A stretch of DNA of 64,000 nucleotides from the human T2T-CHM13v2.0 reference genome, Homo sapiens. Below, in pieces: positions 1-12,105 of the stretch (the first letter of the stretch is position 1; every line of letters begins with the position of its first letter). The translations under genes and the position numbers were made by a program. The DNA lies in NCBI RefSeq assembly GCF_009914755.1, contig NC_060927.1; one strand, 5' to 3'. The notes under the pieces are model-generated. The model worked only from the letters and a program-made list of their open reading frames with translations, was not told the DNA's origin and made no database searches.

Positions 1-449
1 AGCACCACTCAGTGATTAAGGAAAACCAAAGAAAGGAGACCCAAGAAGAAAAACTAGAACAAGAAATAAAGGTATGAAAGAGAAATATGGCCAGAAGAAA
101 TTTTCCCATCTGGTTTCTTCACCACTAGTGGCTCCTTATGTATGGATTTGTTTGCCAGAGCTAATAAACAGTGAGGGTCTCTAATGATGTGAAGCTGGGT
201 GGTAAAGGCACTGGGGGCTTACGTCATGCAGCCAATGATGTGTTGAGTGAAATATACCACATGTTGAATTTGCTGGCATCAGCACCTTCTGCCGATTTAA
301 CTTATGGGCAGATGATAGCAGGCCCAACACCCAATACTACTTGCCCATATCCTTGCTTTCATTTCATAAAGCAAGAATAAAAGAGAGTCAGTATCAATAT
401 CAAAATAAATACCACTAGTAATATTGATGATGTTACTTTTACCACCAAT

Positions 450-543
450 AATAATAGCAGTTATCAATTACCGAATGCTTACAATGGGCCAAGCACTGTG
501 CTAAACACCTTACGTATTATATCTCATTTATTCTCAAAACAAT
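450..543 (-). mobile_element. MIR SINE, 3' part (split by an L2 insertion)
   Basis: 'aatagcagttatcaattaccgaatgcttacaatgggccaagcactgtgctaaacacc...ctcattttattctcaaaacaa' matches the reverse complement of the MIR tail and core. Confidence 0.75.
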
Positions 544-1140
544 AGCCACACTGATTCTTTTAAAAGAGATGTCAGATCTTGCTTTCACCTCCTCAAAACC
601 CTTCAGTGGCTCCCATTTTACTGAGTGCCACAGGCGAAGTCCCTTTCACAGTCTGCAAAGCTGTATGTCTACCAACTATCCACCCCCTTCCCTACTCATA
701 ATCTCTCTGACTCCACCTCCTACTCCTCTTCCCCTCTCTTAATCCATTCCATCTGGCCTAATGAACCTTCTATTTCTCCAACATGAAGCCTCTGCACTAG
801 CTGCCCCCTTCATAAGAGATGCTCTTCCCCTAGATATGCACAAGCATCATTCCTGTCACCTTCTCAGTGAGGGTTTCTCATACCAAGCTGTTTAAAATTG
901 CATTTCCCCATTCCTACATTCCCCTTCTTCTTTTTTCTCTCCATAGCACTTATCACCTTCTAATATCCAACACTGTACTTATTGATTTTTTAAATGGACT
1001 CTCATCCACTGGACTGTAAGCTTCATGAAGGCAGAGATTTTATTCTGTTTTGTTGATTATAGTGTCTCCAGTGCCTAAGGCAAGGCCAGGCACTTATCTG
1101 GCACTTGATAAACATTTTTAGAATGAATAAATTAATGAAT
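544..1140 (+). mobile_element. L2 (L2a-like) LINE 3' end
   Basis: L2 motifs 'aaaacccttcagtggctccc', 'ctgtaagcttcatgaaggcagagattt', 'ccagtgcctaagg', ending in a (tgaa)n-like tail. Confidence 0.85.
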
Positions 1141-1280
1141 TTAATCCTCACAACAACCATAAGAGATAGGTGCTATAATTATCCTGCTTTAACAAGTATT
1201 GGGTATGAAGTTTAGAGACATTATATTTGCCCAAGATCACAAATGAGAAATTGTTAGAGGGATGTAAGCCAAGGACATCA
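1141..1280 (-). mobile_element. MIR SINE, continuation of 450-543
   Basis: 'ttaatcctcacaacaaccataagagataggtgctataattatcc...ttgcccaagatcaca' is MIR core, reverse strand. Confidence 0.75.
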
Positions 1281-2799
1281 AGACATGTATAATAACATTT
1301 GTGACCTGCCTTGTTATTTTAACACTTCGGGCCTTACTTAGAAAATGATACATGTGACAACTGGAATCTAGAAGTGGACCTATATTGGGTGCAGCTGGGA
1401 CTAGGACAATTACTGGGAGCTGATGGGAAAATGAAGGGAAAACTCCAAAATTGACTATTTTTATTTCCTGTGGTTAGGGTAATTCTTAATTTTTAGAGCA
1501 GTTGATACCATTTTTTGGATGATCATTTGTAGAGGAGATGGATCTTCTGAAGTATTATGATCATGGGAAATAAATCAAGGCTTAGCAAACTGTATTTCCT
1601 TGGGGGTAAATAAGTCAAAGGCCAATTTAGATCTTAAATCGCCTAAGACATTTCATCCAATGAGAGCCAACTGCAGGAATTTAAGAGTCCAAAGACACTG
1701 TAGGAAATTACCACTGCAAACATGTCCCCAGGACTCTTAAAGGCTTCTGCAGAAAGCTCATTAACTCTGTTTTTAATGTTTCAAATACTCTCTCATCCAA
1801 GAATAAATCAGATAGAATTCAACTCATGCCAAACACAGGGTGCCTGAGCTAGCTAATTGTGCCTAAAGCCTCAGGGGAACTTGGTAAATATTAAGCAATC
1901 CACTGGAGCTGGAGCTTTCAGTGGGTCAAAGTGCTTAGTCCACAACACATTCATTTGTATGGTGTTTGGCTAAACCAAAACGTGAAGCTCAAGGGATAGA
2001 AGATTAAAATATTTTCTCTAGATCAAAAAAAATTTTTCAAACACTTTTTGAAGGTTGTCTGAAGAAAAGATATATAAGCAGGAAACATCTTTTGGCAACT
2101 CTGTGATGAGTTTGACAGACAAGAGTTTCTTATGTCCTTCATACAATTTAAAGACAAGAAATATACTAGTGACTTGACATTTTAAGCTCATTAATTTCAA
2201 GTAATACACTTCATAATTTCCAAAAAAAAGTCATGTCTGTGTATTCGGCTCGTGGCAAAATCTAAAATTCTATGCTTGGAACAAAGAAATTAGAAAAATG
2301 TGGCAGTATTCTTTCTCTAATATACATAAAAACACTTAAACAGTTTGTGATTATTTTCCATTTCTTATATGAGTCCCAAATTATGCACTTTATTACTAAG
2401 GATGGATGGAGTCTGAGAAGTAATACAAGGTTCAATCCACATATCCAAAATGACTGTCTTGAACTGCAAACATTAGAATTCTACCTAAGTCTTAATGAAA
2501 CAAAGTACATACTGGGTTCAGTTATAAAGGCCTTGCCACTCTTAATATAAATGTTTATTCATTTAAGGCTACACGGCAAACCAATATGGAAAAGCATATG
2601 GTGGTAAAAAATGAACCAGGAGATAGGGGGTAGCTTTGGAAATGGCATCAGAGGAGCATGAGCAAAATGTAAACAGAGATCAGCTATAATCAAGAGTTCT
2701 TATCAGTATCCTCAGTCATTTGATATATTAATGGAATGATAACTTGATTATGCCAACCTGAGTGAAGTCATGCAGTGGTTGAAGTATGGAAGAAAATCA

Positions 2800-3065
2800 C
2801 ATTTTCTAAATGTCTACTATATGTCAGGCACTTTATATTTTTAGTAATAATAGCTAATAGTAAGGATCTATAATATAAAAATAACTTTCCACAAATGAAT
2901 TCCAATTCTTACAGTAAAACTATGAAGTAGGTGTTGTCATCCCCATTTTACAGATGAGAAAACTGAGATCTGAAAAGATTGAATAACTTGTTCTGTGTCA
3001 CGTAGGTAGTAAACAAATCAGAATTCAAACTTCATTCTAATTCCAAAGCCCAAAATCTTTCTGCT
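2800..3065 (-). mobile_element. MIR SINE
   Basis: Core 'gtaggtgttgtcatccccattttacagatgagaaaactgagatc'. Confidence 0.85.
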
Positions 3066-4876
3066 TCATCATCCATGTACAAACAAGACATAATAATTTG
3101 GTGTGATTTACACTGTTCTCTAGGGAAAGGGCTCTTGGGGGTACTCATGTGAAAAATTACAGGGATAAAAATAAACAAATAAAAGAAAGCAGCCTCTACA
3201 GGTAACGTTTTTCGGACAAACAACTGAGAACAATAGGTTTTGAAAACTTCTCCTAATGAGGATATTTTAAATGTTAGAAAACTTAGTTTTGCTTTAGAGA
3301 AATACCAAAAATCAAATTACATAATTTTCAATAAGATTTTAGCTCATAGACATGTACATATCTATGTGTAAATACCTAGCTTTTTCATATCAGAATGCCC
3401 ATTTTCAAAAATCTTATGCACTTATATGTTACTTCCAAATATATACAGAATATGCCAGAAGTGGATTTTGTATACCTTGTATATTACAGGTAAACTGCTT
3501 AATTCAAAAACATATTTCTAAACCCTGTGTTTATAAGAAAAATCATTTACCTGCCACATGTATTATTAGCCTGGTCATTTCTTATCCAGGAACATAATTT
3601 CCTGCCTTATTCACCAACAGTTACTTGAAAGAGTACACTAATCCAGCAAAGAGTCACTGCATCAAGTTTACCCCCCTACCAACTTGCAAAAGCTTGGGAG
3701 TGTGCAGGAACAGGCAGAGGGCAGAACAGGCACTCCCTCTGCCCATGTTTGCAAGCTGACAGACTGCAGGGAGGAAATGATTCATGCCACAGAATCTCCA
3801 GCCAACTTCGTGTCACTGGACTTTATAAAAACAAATAAACTAAAGCTTTTCAACAGACTGGAACTGCTTAAACAACTTTAGTAACATGGCTGCTTTATAA
3901 GGTCCCCGGGCAGTTCAATCTTTAGAAACTTGGGCCATAGATAAGATACTTTGTAAAGAGCAAATCCATTACCAGCTTATTATTGTAAACTGGATTGTCA
4001 CTTTGGGAATCACAAAGAAATATGATAACTGCAAACAGCAGCAGTCAATTGCCATATGGATAATCTTTATCAGCTGGAAAAAATTAATTTGATTTTCTTA
4101 GAAACCTTAATTTTATTTTTAAGAGTTTGAACTTTAAAAGTTTGAAAACTGCATGGTACAATTACTTTATGGAAGTCTCATCAAACAGTATACCTTATAA
4201 TTCTTATGCCTTATATTTCCTTCCCTATTGACTACTTATTTTATAATGGCTTCTAGAAGCTCATGAGGAATACTAATTCATTTAGAGTTTCTATTTCTCC
4301 CACCAATAATTTCAATCTATTGTCAAAGCAATGTAAAAGAAAATTCAAGTAACTTCTATCACATTTGGAAAACTTAAGAGGAGGAAATAAGATATTCTAA
4401 TCGGGCGTATTTTGACTTCAACTAAATTTATTGGCTAAAATCCTGTGCATTTTGAAGGTCAGAATTGTTTACTTGGCTATGTCCAATATTAACCAGTTAG
4501 GTTAGGTACATATTATTTGCATATTGAAATGCATTATTACCTTTTCCAAATTAAAAAGCAAATTATGTCTGACAATACTACCCTACCCAGTTCCAGTTTT
4601 TGGCAGTAGAGTATACACATATGTCTATGGTACTTATAGCTATCAACCATCGTTGAATCAGACACTATTCCTATATAACAAGCATTCTCTACTTATACTA
4701 ATTGTAGCCATCTTGCCTTCTGGGAACATGGAGAGAATTGCCAATCTTAGACTAGAAAGGGGTGAATCCTAGCCAGAAGTCCTCTTCTACTTCATCGTTA
4801 CCCCCATGCTTCCAGGCAGTCATGACCAGGTGGTAGCGATGGCGGGAGTGAGGGACCAAGGCCTAACGGCTGCTGA

Positions 4877-5351
<475 letters not shown>

Positions 5352-5353
5352 TA

Positions 5354-5443
5354 GAAGTCAAGTTATTTGTACTGCTGTTCATCAGGTTTTCTGATTTCAA
5401 ATCAATTTTTTTTTCTGTGACTGTACCACAGCCTCTCACTTTC
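5354..5443 (+). repeat. Right copy of ~89-bp direct duplication flanking AluSc
   Basis: Matches 4966-5053; ends in TTTC/AA, an L1-endonuclease-type site. Confidence 0.95.
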
Positions 5444-5479
5444 AAATAATGCTAATCAACATTTGAAAAACTAATGACA

Positions 5480-5750
5480 CATTCATAATTCCTTCAACAA
5501 ATGTGTGCTAAACACTAGCTGGATGGCAGGGACTGATCTGGTATACAAATGGTCAGAGTTACTACCTTCAAAGAACTTTCAGCATAGGCTGGAAGCAGGA
5601 CGTGGAGATGTTTCACAGCAATTAGAAGTAGGGACAGAGGTCAACGAATACACTGAAGAGGGATTGAGCATTTGTACATGGCAAGAGATCGGGGAAGCCT
5701 TCAAAGTCAGACTGGTGGTTAAACATTCAGTCAATTTAGAGTAAGGGATG
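5480..5750 (-). mobile_element. L2 LINE 3' end
   Basis: 'attcataattccttcaacaaatgtgtgctaaacactagc...' is the reverse complement of an L2 tail, followed by purine-rich L2 body. Confidence 0.6.
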
Positions 5751-5929
5751 GTAAAAACCCTTTTATGTATCAAACCTCTTTGGTTTAGAAATTACAGACA
5801 GGGTAGCAAACCCTGTGGTCTTTATCAACCACACTGGGATTAGCAGCGACATGAAATAACAATTCCTTAGGCTTATTTCCTCAATGGATACATACCAACA
5901 TTCAGGCTTGATATACTGGGTTACTGCAC

Positions 5930-6046
5930 AGTCTAGTAAGCTAGCCTTTGGGTTCTGGGCTCAGTTTGACCAGGTTCAAGTCCTTCTATGCCATCTAGAA
6001 CTGATAGTAGAAAAGTTGCTTGAGTTCCTGTTTTCAAAAATGGAAA
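5930..6046 (+). mobile_element. MIR fragment
   Basis: 'gaccaggttcaagtcc...aagttgcttgagttcctgttttcaaaaatggaaat' resembles the MIR 5' half and core. Confidence 0.5.
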
Positions 6047-6125
6047 TTTTCAAAGCATGTTACATGCACTGTTGTAACATGCTTTGTTGCTACATGCACT
6101 GTTGTAACATGCTTTGAAAATTTCC
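6042..6125. repeat. Perfect 23-bp inverted repeat enclosing a 26-bp direct duplication (period 30)
   Basis: ggaaattttcaaagcatgttaca (6042-6064) is the exact reverse complement of tgtaacatgctttgaaaatttcc (6103-6125); tacatgcactgttgtaacatgctttg occurs at 6061-6086 and 6091-6116. Confidence 0.95.
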
Positions 6126-6489
6126 TTTCTTGTCAGTTAGGCTGGATACTCTAAGGCACTTCTCACAGCAATACAAGTAGATTACAACAAGAAATGTTTA
6201 CAGTACTGCCGGGCTTGCAGGACATCTCTAAAGGGTACACTGAACTAAAACACAAAGAGTAAGTGGTGAGAAATGCATAAACTGTGATTGCCATGGGGAC
6301 AAATGTTGAACTAACATTGTGATGAGAAGCCTAAGCCTGGGGCTCAATACAAGGAGGGAGAGATAAACACAAGATTTACTTTAAGCCCAAATCCTTAAAG
6401 GGACTAGAATAGCTCCCAGGTTAGCACAAAAACAGTTGGAGAGCCAGAGTTGGTCTATGGGTCATAGTTCACTAATCCCACATACAAGA

Positions 6490-6598
6490 TAACAATGCTA
6501 CTTAACATATGTAATTATTTTATGATTTATAAACTCTTTCCCCTTATCTTATCCAATTTAATCCTTATACAACTCCTGTAAGGTAACTAAAAGAATTA
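6490..6598 (-). mobile_element. MIR fragment truncated by the 6600-6816 insert
   Basis: 'aatttaatccttatacaactcctgtaaggt' is MIR core, reverse strand. Confidence 0.55.
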
Positions 6599-6599
6599 T

Positions 6600-6816
6600 A
6601 TTCTGCCCTTGGTATGCCACTGCCCTGACATCTTTATTTTGAAAAAAAATACACGGATGACTTTTCTGTCTGGCATACTCTATTACTTCACAGCACCCTG
6701 GGGTCCTCTTTGTGCCCCCTGACTTTACTGCGGTATTGTGACAAGATGACCATGGCAGGATGTGTGTACAGTGTGCACAAGAGTGTGCACAAATGAACAG
6801 GAGGAGAAGATTCTTC
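6600..6816 (+). repeat. Dispersed local duplication, copy A (of 8704-8949)
   Basis: 'ctgcccttggtatgccactgccctgacatctttattttgaaaa...gtgtgcacaa...gaggagaa' aligns to 8704-8949; about 12 substitutions and 1 indel in the first 120 bp. Confidence 0.95.
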
Positions 6817-7451
6817 TTTATCCTGTCTAATACAATGTACCATTAATAAGACATTAGTCTACCACTAATAAGACATAAGGCACTAGAAAATTAATGTTAG
6901 ATACAAAGCAAAGAAGACTAGACACGAAGCTAAAACTTCATAGAAAGAGGAGATGGAAAGGTTGAAGAAATGTTGAAAATGCTCTTTTGGGTGCGACAAC
7001 TAGCATCAGTTGAAATAACCGCAGAATAAAATGGTCTGTTTTTGCCTAGTTATGTTGCATTTCCTTTCCTCTAAGTACGTGTGTCCTTTACCACAGAAGC
7101 CAATGAAGGCCATGAATCAACACACTGCTGATGCTTACCTTGATGATTCTATTTCCCTGGCAATAGCCAGAAAGAATAGGAAATTTATGTACACCAAAAC
7201 TTCCAATGTCCAAGCACTTCCTCTTCCCACTTTGAATATGTTATAATGATGTCATCCATCTAGGCAAGATTTACTCAGCATTGTAGACCAGGACCAGAGC
7301 TCAGAAATTTTCTCATTAAACCCTTGCATTTAAGTGGAGTCTATGAAGGTTCGGAGGGGAGAGATCAGGTTATAAACAGTGATCATATATTACTTGTTGC
7401 ACAGATGAGTTGTAAATATGTAGAAATTACTTTCAACTCACTGTAATTCTT

Positions 7452-7558
7452 TTAAAATTATTTATTATTTAATTTTTTTGAGATGAGGTCTCACTATGTT
7501 GCCCAGGCTGGTCTCAAACTCCTGGCCTCAAGCAATCCTCCCTCCTCAGCCTCCTGAG
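7452..7558 (-). mobile_element. 5'-truncated FLAM / AluJ left monomer
   Basis: 'gagatgaggtctcactatgttgcccaggctggtctcaaactcctggcctcaagcaatcctccc'; TSD aactcac(tg/ca)taattct at 7435-7450 and 7559-7574. Confidence 0.9.
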
Positions 7559-7664
7559 AACTCACCATAATTCTATAAAGACATCTTATATGTTTGCATT
7601 GGAAGACATAAATAAATGCCAATGCTGGAAAGAGAAGTAAAAAGGTGGAGACAGAGGGGGAAAC

Positions 7665-7875
7665 TAACATCATATCTACTATATGAAACATATGGCACAC
7701 ACTTTTCATGCTACGTTGAATTCAGTTATCACAACTCTGCTGGGAGGTTTGACTCTCGTTTTGCAAAACAGAAAATTAAGATTTAACAACACATCCCAGG
7801 CTCTCAGCTTGTGAGTTGCAGAGCTGAGGTTTGAACTCATGTCTATATTGACTGTAAAGCATGTATTATTGCACA
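7665..7875 (-). mobile_element. MIR SINE
   Basis: 'gtgagttgcagagctgaggtttgaactcatgtct' plus a degenerate core. Confidence 0.7.
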
Positions 7876-8004
7876 CATTGCCTTCACAACAAGGAATTCT
7901 ACATTTTGGGAATGATTATAGAAAGAAAACATGAGTAGAAAATAATATAAACAACTTAAATTGTAAGACGGCATACGATAGAAGTCTATCCATTGGTCTA
8001 AATA

Positions 8005-8726
8005 TCACACTGCAGCAGTATTTTACCCCTATGCTGGGCTATTTTTTAACACTCCTCTCCTCTCTTGAACAAAACTTTTTCAACAACAATCAAAAACATT
8101 TCACCACCAGTGCACACTCTGTTTCACTGTTCCAAATTTAAAACACAAATGAATATTCTAGGTTGTCACACAGTATGACAAAACTGAAACAACTGAAGAT
8201 GTATTTCTTTGACTGCACAATCATTGGCTATAATCATTTATTTTGAATCTATTTAAATGCCCAATACCTAGTAGCCCAAGGGTTAAAGACACAACCTGTA
8301 CCAAAAGTACTGAACATCATTCCAAAGTTTTAGGAACTAACTCTGGAAACTAATGTGTGGAGCCAAATCCCATGTTTTAGAGCTGACTACATAACTAGGA
8401 GTCCTCCAAATTGACTTTCATGTAAATTTGTGTTTATTAAAAGATAAGTATTAAAAGATGCTAGTTTGGAGATGAAATATATGTTACTAAAACTCAACAG
8501 TAACTGCAGCAGTTGTTTAGAACTTAAATCAACACAACACATTTTTTAGGGGGATATTTTACGACTGAGACTGCTTAGAACGGGGCATTATAATAATAAA
8601 AAGTCAGCTGACATTTTTGTCCATTTTATCATTGTTGTAAAATTATTTTCAGATAACTTGTCCCCTTTATTGTCTGCAGTGCCTTGGACAGACCATTCTC
8701 ACCATCCTGCCCATGGTATGTCACTG
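8005..8726 (-). mobile_element. Arthur1-family (hAT-Tip100) DNA transposon fossil
   Basis: Reverse strand reads 'cagtgacataccatgggcagg...aagttctaaacaactgctgcagttactgttgagttttagtaa...', matching the remembered Arthur1 consensus start CAGTGGCGTACCAAGGGCGG. Confidence 0.8.
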
Positions 8727-8949
8727 CCCTGAAATCTTTATTTTGAAAAAAATACGTGGATGGCTTTTCTTTCTGGCATACTCCCTTACTTCACAGCACC
8801 GTGGGGTCCCCTTTGTGCCCCTCTGTCACTGGCTTTACTGTGGTATTGTGTCAAGATGATCATGGCAGGACGTGTGTGAGGTGTGCACATGAGTGTGTAT
8901 GAGGTGTGCACATGAGTGTGCACAAAGAAGCAAGAGGAGAATGTTCCTC
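8704..8949 (+). repeat. Dispersed local duplication, copy B (likely donor)
   Basis: Contiguous with the Arthur1 terminus; has an extra 8 bp and an internal tandem duplication of 'gaggtgtgcacatgagtgtg' relative to copy A. Confidence 0.95.
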
Positions 8950-9347
8950 AGTATCAAATACAGCACTCCAAGGAGATAATCATCTATGGAGTGACTTCCT
9001 GGGAGGATCAATGCTCCACTATTTCAGAACATTCTCTAGTAGTGACCCTCACTAGTCTGGGGACAGTCTTCTAAACCAAAATGGATAATGATAGGGAATG
9101 CTGGGGGATCACACCAGGCACAATGCCACACTTCGGGCACTATATCACTACTCACTTATCAATGCTGGCTTTACTTCTGACAAATTCAGATGGGCACAAG
9201 GGCTCCCCAAGCTAGGAGACTGTTTGATTTTAGCTTTGGCTACTCTGGCTCCAGCTTCACTACAATGGCATTGCTGGTCAAGATCCCAACTGAAGTCGTC
9301 ATTTGAATTTAGGCCAAATCACCCTTTGACTCATTCTTTAAAGAGGT

Positions 9348-9560
9348 TAATAGCCTAACATTAATTAAGCTCTGTTTGCAGGTAATTTTCAAAAGAGCTG
9401 TAGAAAAGGGAAACTATTATTTACCCCATTTTATGGATGAAGAAACAGAGGTTTGAGGAGAATAAGAAACTTGCACCAAGTCAGGAAACCAGCAGGCAAC
9501 AGAGCTGGATCTCCAAGACAGTTCTGATTCCTAAATCCATTCTCTTAACCTGTATAGTAT
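9348..9560 (-). mobile_element. MIR SINE
   Basis: 'ctattatttaccccattttatggatgaagaaacagaggtttgagg...ctcttaacc'. Confidence 0.85.
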
Positions 9561-10474
9561 ATTTCTGAGCAATAGAGTGGTTAGAACACCTATCTACATT
9601 AGGCAGACATCCAAACTGACAAACTTAACTTAAGATTAAAGCACTCCTCCCAAAAAGGTATAGGTTTGTCCTTTGCAATACTTATGAAGATATTTTTACC
9701 CAAGAATTCTAGAACCTAGGTAACATCATCCAGAGCATAGGTCCACATAAAAGAGAAAGGTTATAATTGAAAATACAACTATTAAACATAACATTATGTT
9801 TCAGACATGATTCCTACCATGTCTTCAGGTAAAGAATATCACATTCCTTGAAGTATACTTGATGGAGATTTTATGTATTATCTTATTAATAATAATAATT
9901 TACCTGTAAACCATATTATTTGGGAAGTTTCCTTTAGATTTCATCTAAAAGCCTCTGTAGAAATGCCGGCAGTGTCAGAATTACTCATGGTTACCGTTCC
10001 ACCCACATCCTAGTGTGGATGAGTGTTGGCCATAATGTCAAAGACTGTCTAGCTTCTAGCCCCTTCACTAAGGAGAAATGCAGTTTCAGCTCCTCATGTG
10101 TGTTGTCATAGAATACTAGCAGAAGCATCTCCAGGGCTGGAAGCAGGACACTTTGGAAGCTGGTGCTCAATGTATTGCTACATTCAGTGGTCCCAACCCT
10201 TGGAGGCGTTGAAGGCATTTTCTTATATTAGTCTATAGTTCCATTTTAAAGAATGGTTCTAAATATGTTTCAAGGTAGTTCAACCTACATTTGATATTTA
10301 TGATTCTTCAAAAGTATATACAATTTTGTGTTTATAAGACGTGAGTGGCACTTATTCTGTTTCTTGAGGGAAAACAGGGTCAGTTCATGCTTGCTCCTCT
10401 TGTTCTTTCTCTATGCCCCCAATAACACCGGAAATCATAATGCTGCCACTTCCAGTGGCATCTGTTTTGCTTTG

Positions 10475-10585
10475 GTACCTTCACACATATTTGGACTTCC
10501 ATGACAAATCTGTGAGACAGATGGAGCAGGTATTGTCTTCCATATTTAATACATGAGAACACTGAGGCTTAAAATATTTAGGAGT
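10475..10585 (-). mobile_element. MIR fragment
   Basis: 'caggtattgtcttccatatttaatacatgagaacactgaggctt'. Confidence 0.6.
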
Positions 10586-10619
10586 AGGAGTACTGGGTGT
10601 ATAATTCAAATCATTCTAC

Positions 10620-10765
10620 AATGGTGTGCTCCCCCTCCCAAAACCCCAATTTATAGTATTTGCTGATTTTCAGGTGATAGTAATTCTACCACAGCTAATT
10701 TCAAGCTACCAACATGATGTTACCACATGCAGAGTTAGGATGAGATGTACAAAACTGGCTCTCTT
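10620..10765. mobile_element. MER63-like (hAT-Blackjack) DNA transposon
   Basis: 'atttgctgattttc...gctaatttcaagctaccaacatgatgt...gcagagttaggatgagatg...ggctctc' matches MER63A motifs. Confidence 0.7.
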
Positions 10766-11124
10766 ATCCTTCGACCCCTACCCCAGTGTTCTTTATATGC
10801 CATGAAATTAAGTATTTATGATGTTAATTTAAACACATATCTATCACCATGTCCTGGAGAGGATGCCTTACGTGTATAAGCATGCACAATATGGAGTTCC
10901 CTTATAAGAAAATCAGTCAGAGACATTTCTTCTGCATCCATTGACATGCTCAAGTTTTGATCATCCTACTCTGGTTACAATCAAGTGTACTAGAGAAGGT
11001 GGCCCTGAAGTAATCCAGGGCTGTTCCTTTACATAGGGATGAGTCGGAGATCAACAGCTCATTTCAGTCAATCCCATTCACATAATATCTTCTAGCCAAA
11101 GGTCTCCAGGTTTTTCCATGCTTC

Positions 11125-11250
11125 TCTAACCATCCCCATTTTACAGACAGGAGAGTCCAATGTCTCAGGAAATTAAATGACATGCTCAATGTCACACAGT
11201 ACATAGAGCTGGAGTCAAGACTGGAATGCTTCCCTACTGCACCAGGATGC
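11125..11250 (-). mobile_element. MIR fragment
   Basis: 'catccccattttacagacaggaga...aaattaaatgacatgctcaatgtcacacag'. Confidence 0.75.
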
Positions 11251-11384
11251 TTAGTCTATCACCATAAAAAACAAAGACTTCTGAAAAATGTGGCAGAGTT
11301 CAGAACACCTATGAGAAGCAATATAGAATATCAAAAGAGAGAATGTTGTGGGCCAACAGACATTCCACAAAGCCTGTTTTTGTC

Positions 11385-11597
11385 GTGGTTTTTAGACTAT
11401 GCTCCATGGAGCCTCAAGGGGCCGAGGGGCCTAGCAACATAGAAAGAGATCAGCCTAAGTGGGCAAGACTCTGGAGTCCCCCAGCAAATGTGAATTAAAA
11501 CCCTTTGTATTCCACTGTTTTACATACTGGGAGTCAGATTAAGATTTCATTTGGAAAGAGGGTTCTACAACTTAAAAAAAAAGTTAGAAAACCCCAA
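11385..11597. mobile_element. MER102-like (hAT-Charlie) DNA transposon
   Basis: 'tgctccatggagcc...taagatttcatttggaaagagggttct...aaaaaaaagttagaaaacc'. Confidence 0.7.
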
Positions 11598-12105
11598 CAA
11601 AGACCAAAGTCTAGATTGTTAATTTTCAAACAAAGCTCTTTGGTGAGAGTTACTGGCTCTCATAAACTGAAGGAGCCTCTGGCTGCTCTTTTCTCACGAT
11701 CTGGAGAGATAATGTATGTGCAAACACACTGAAAATAAAGAACGTGTATGCAAACTGAAGTCAACGCAGGCCCTTTAACCCCAGTCTGATCCTTTCTGAA
11801 AGGCACTGGGTATTTCAGTACCATGTAGATTTTTCTATCATATGACTTCCCAAACATGCAGACACTCCAGGTCCTCAGCTGACATCTTGGAGGCCAGCCA
11901 TGACTTCTGGCTGCCTGAACAAGTTCACAAAGGTAACTACTCTTCCCACACTTGCTGGCATGACACTATCATAGGCCACACAGACCTCGATGAGCCCTCT
12001 ATGAAAATAGATGAAGCGGCTGGGAATAACAATAAGCACCAGGTTTTCAGACCTACAAATATGCAGCCACTTCATACTGCATTCCACATGAAAGGCTGAA
12101 AAAAC

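Noticed and set aside
2102-2200. C/D-box snoRNA (TGTGATGA box C)
   Set aside because: No CTGA box D or terminal stem at a suitable distance.
9904-9954. Minus-strand micro-exon (tttctacag|...tacag|gtaaat)
   Set aside because: Short pyrimidine tract, moderate donor and stops in all three frames; matches like this are expected by chance.
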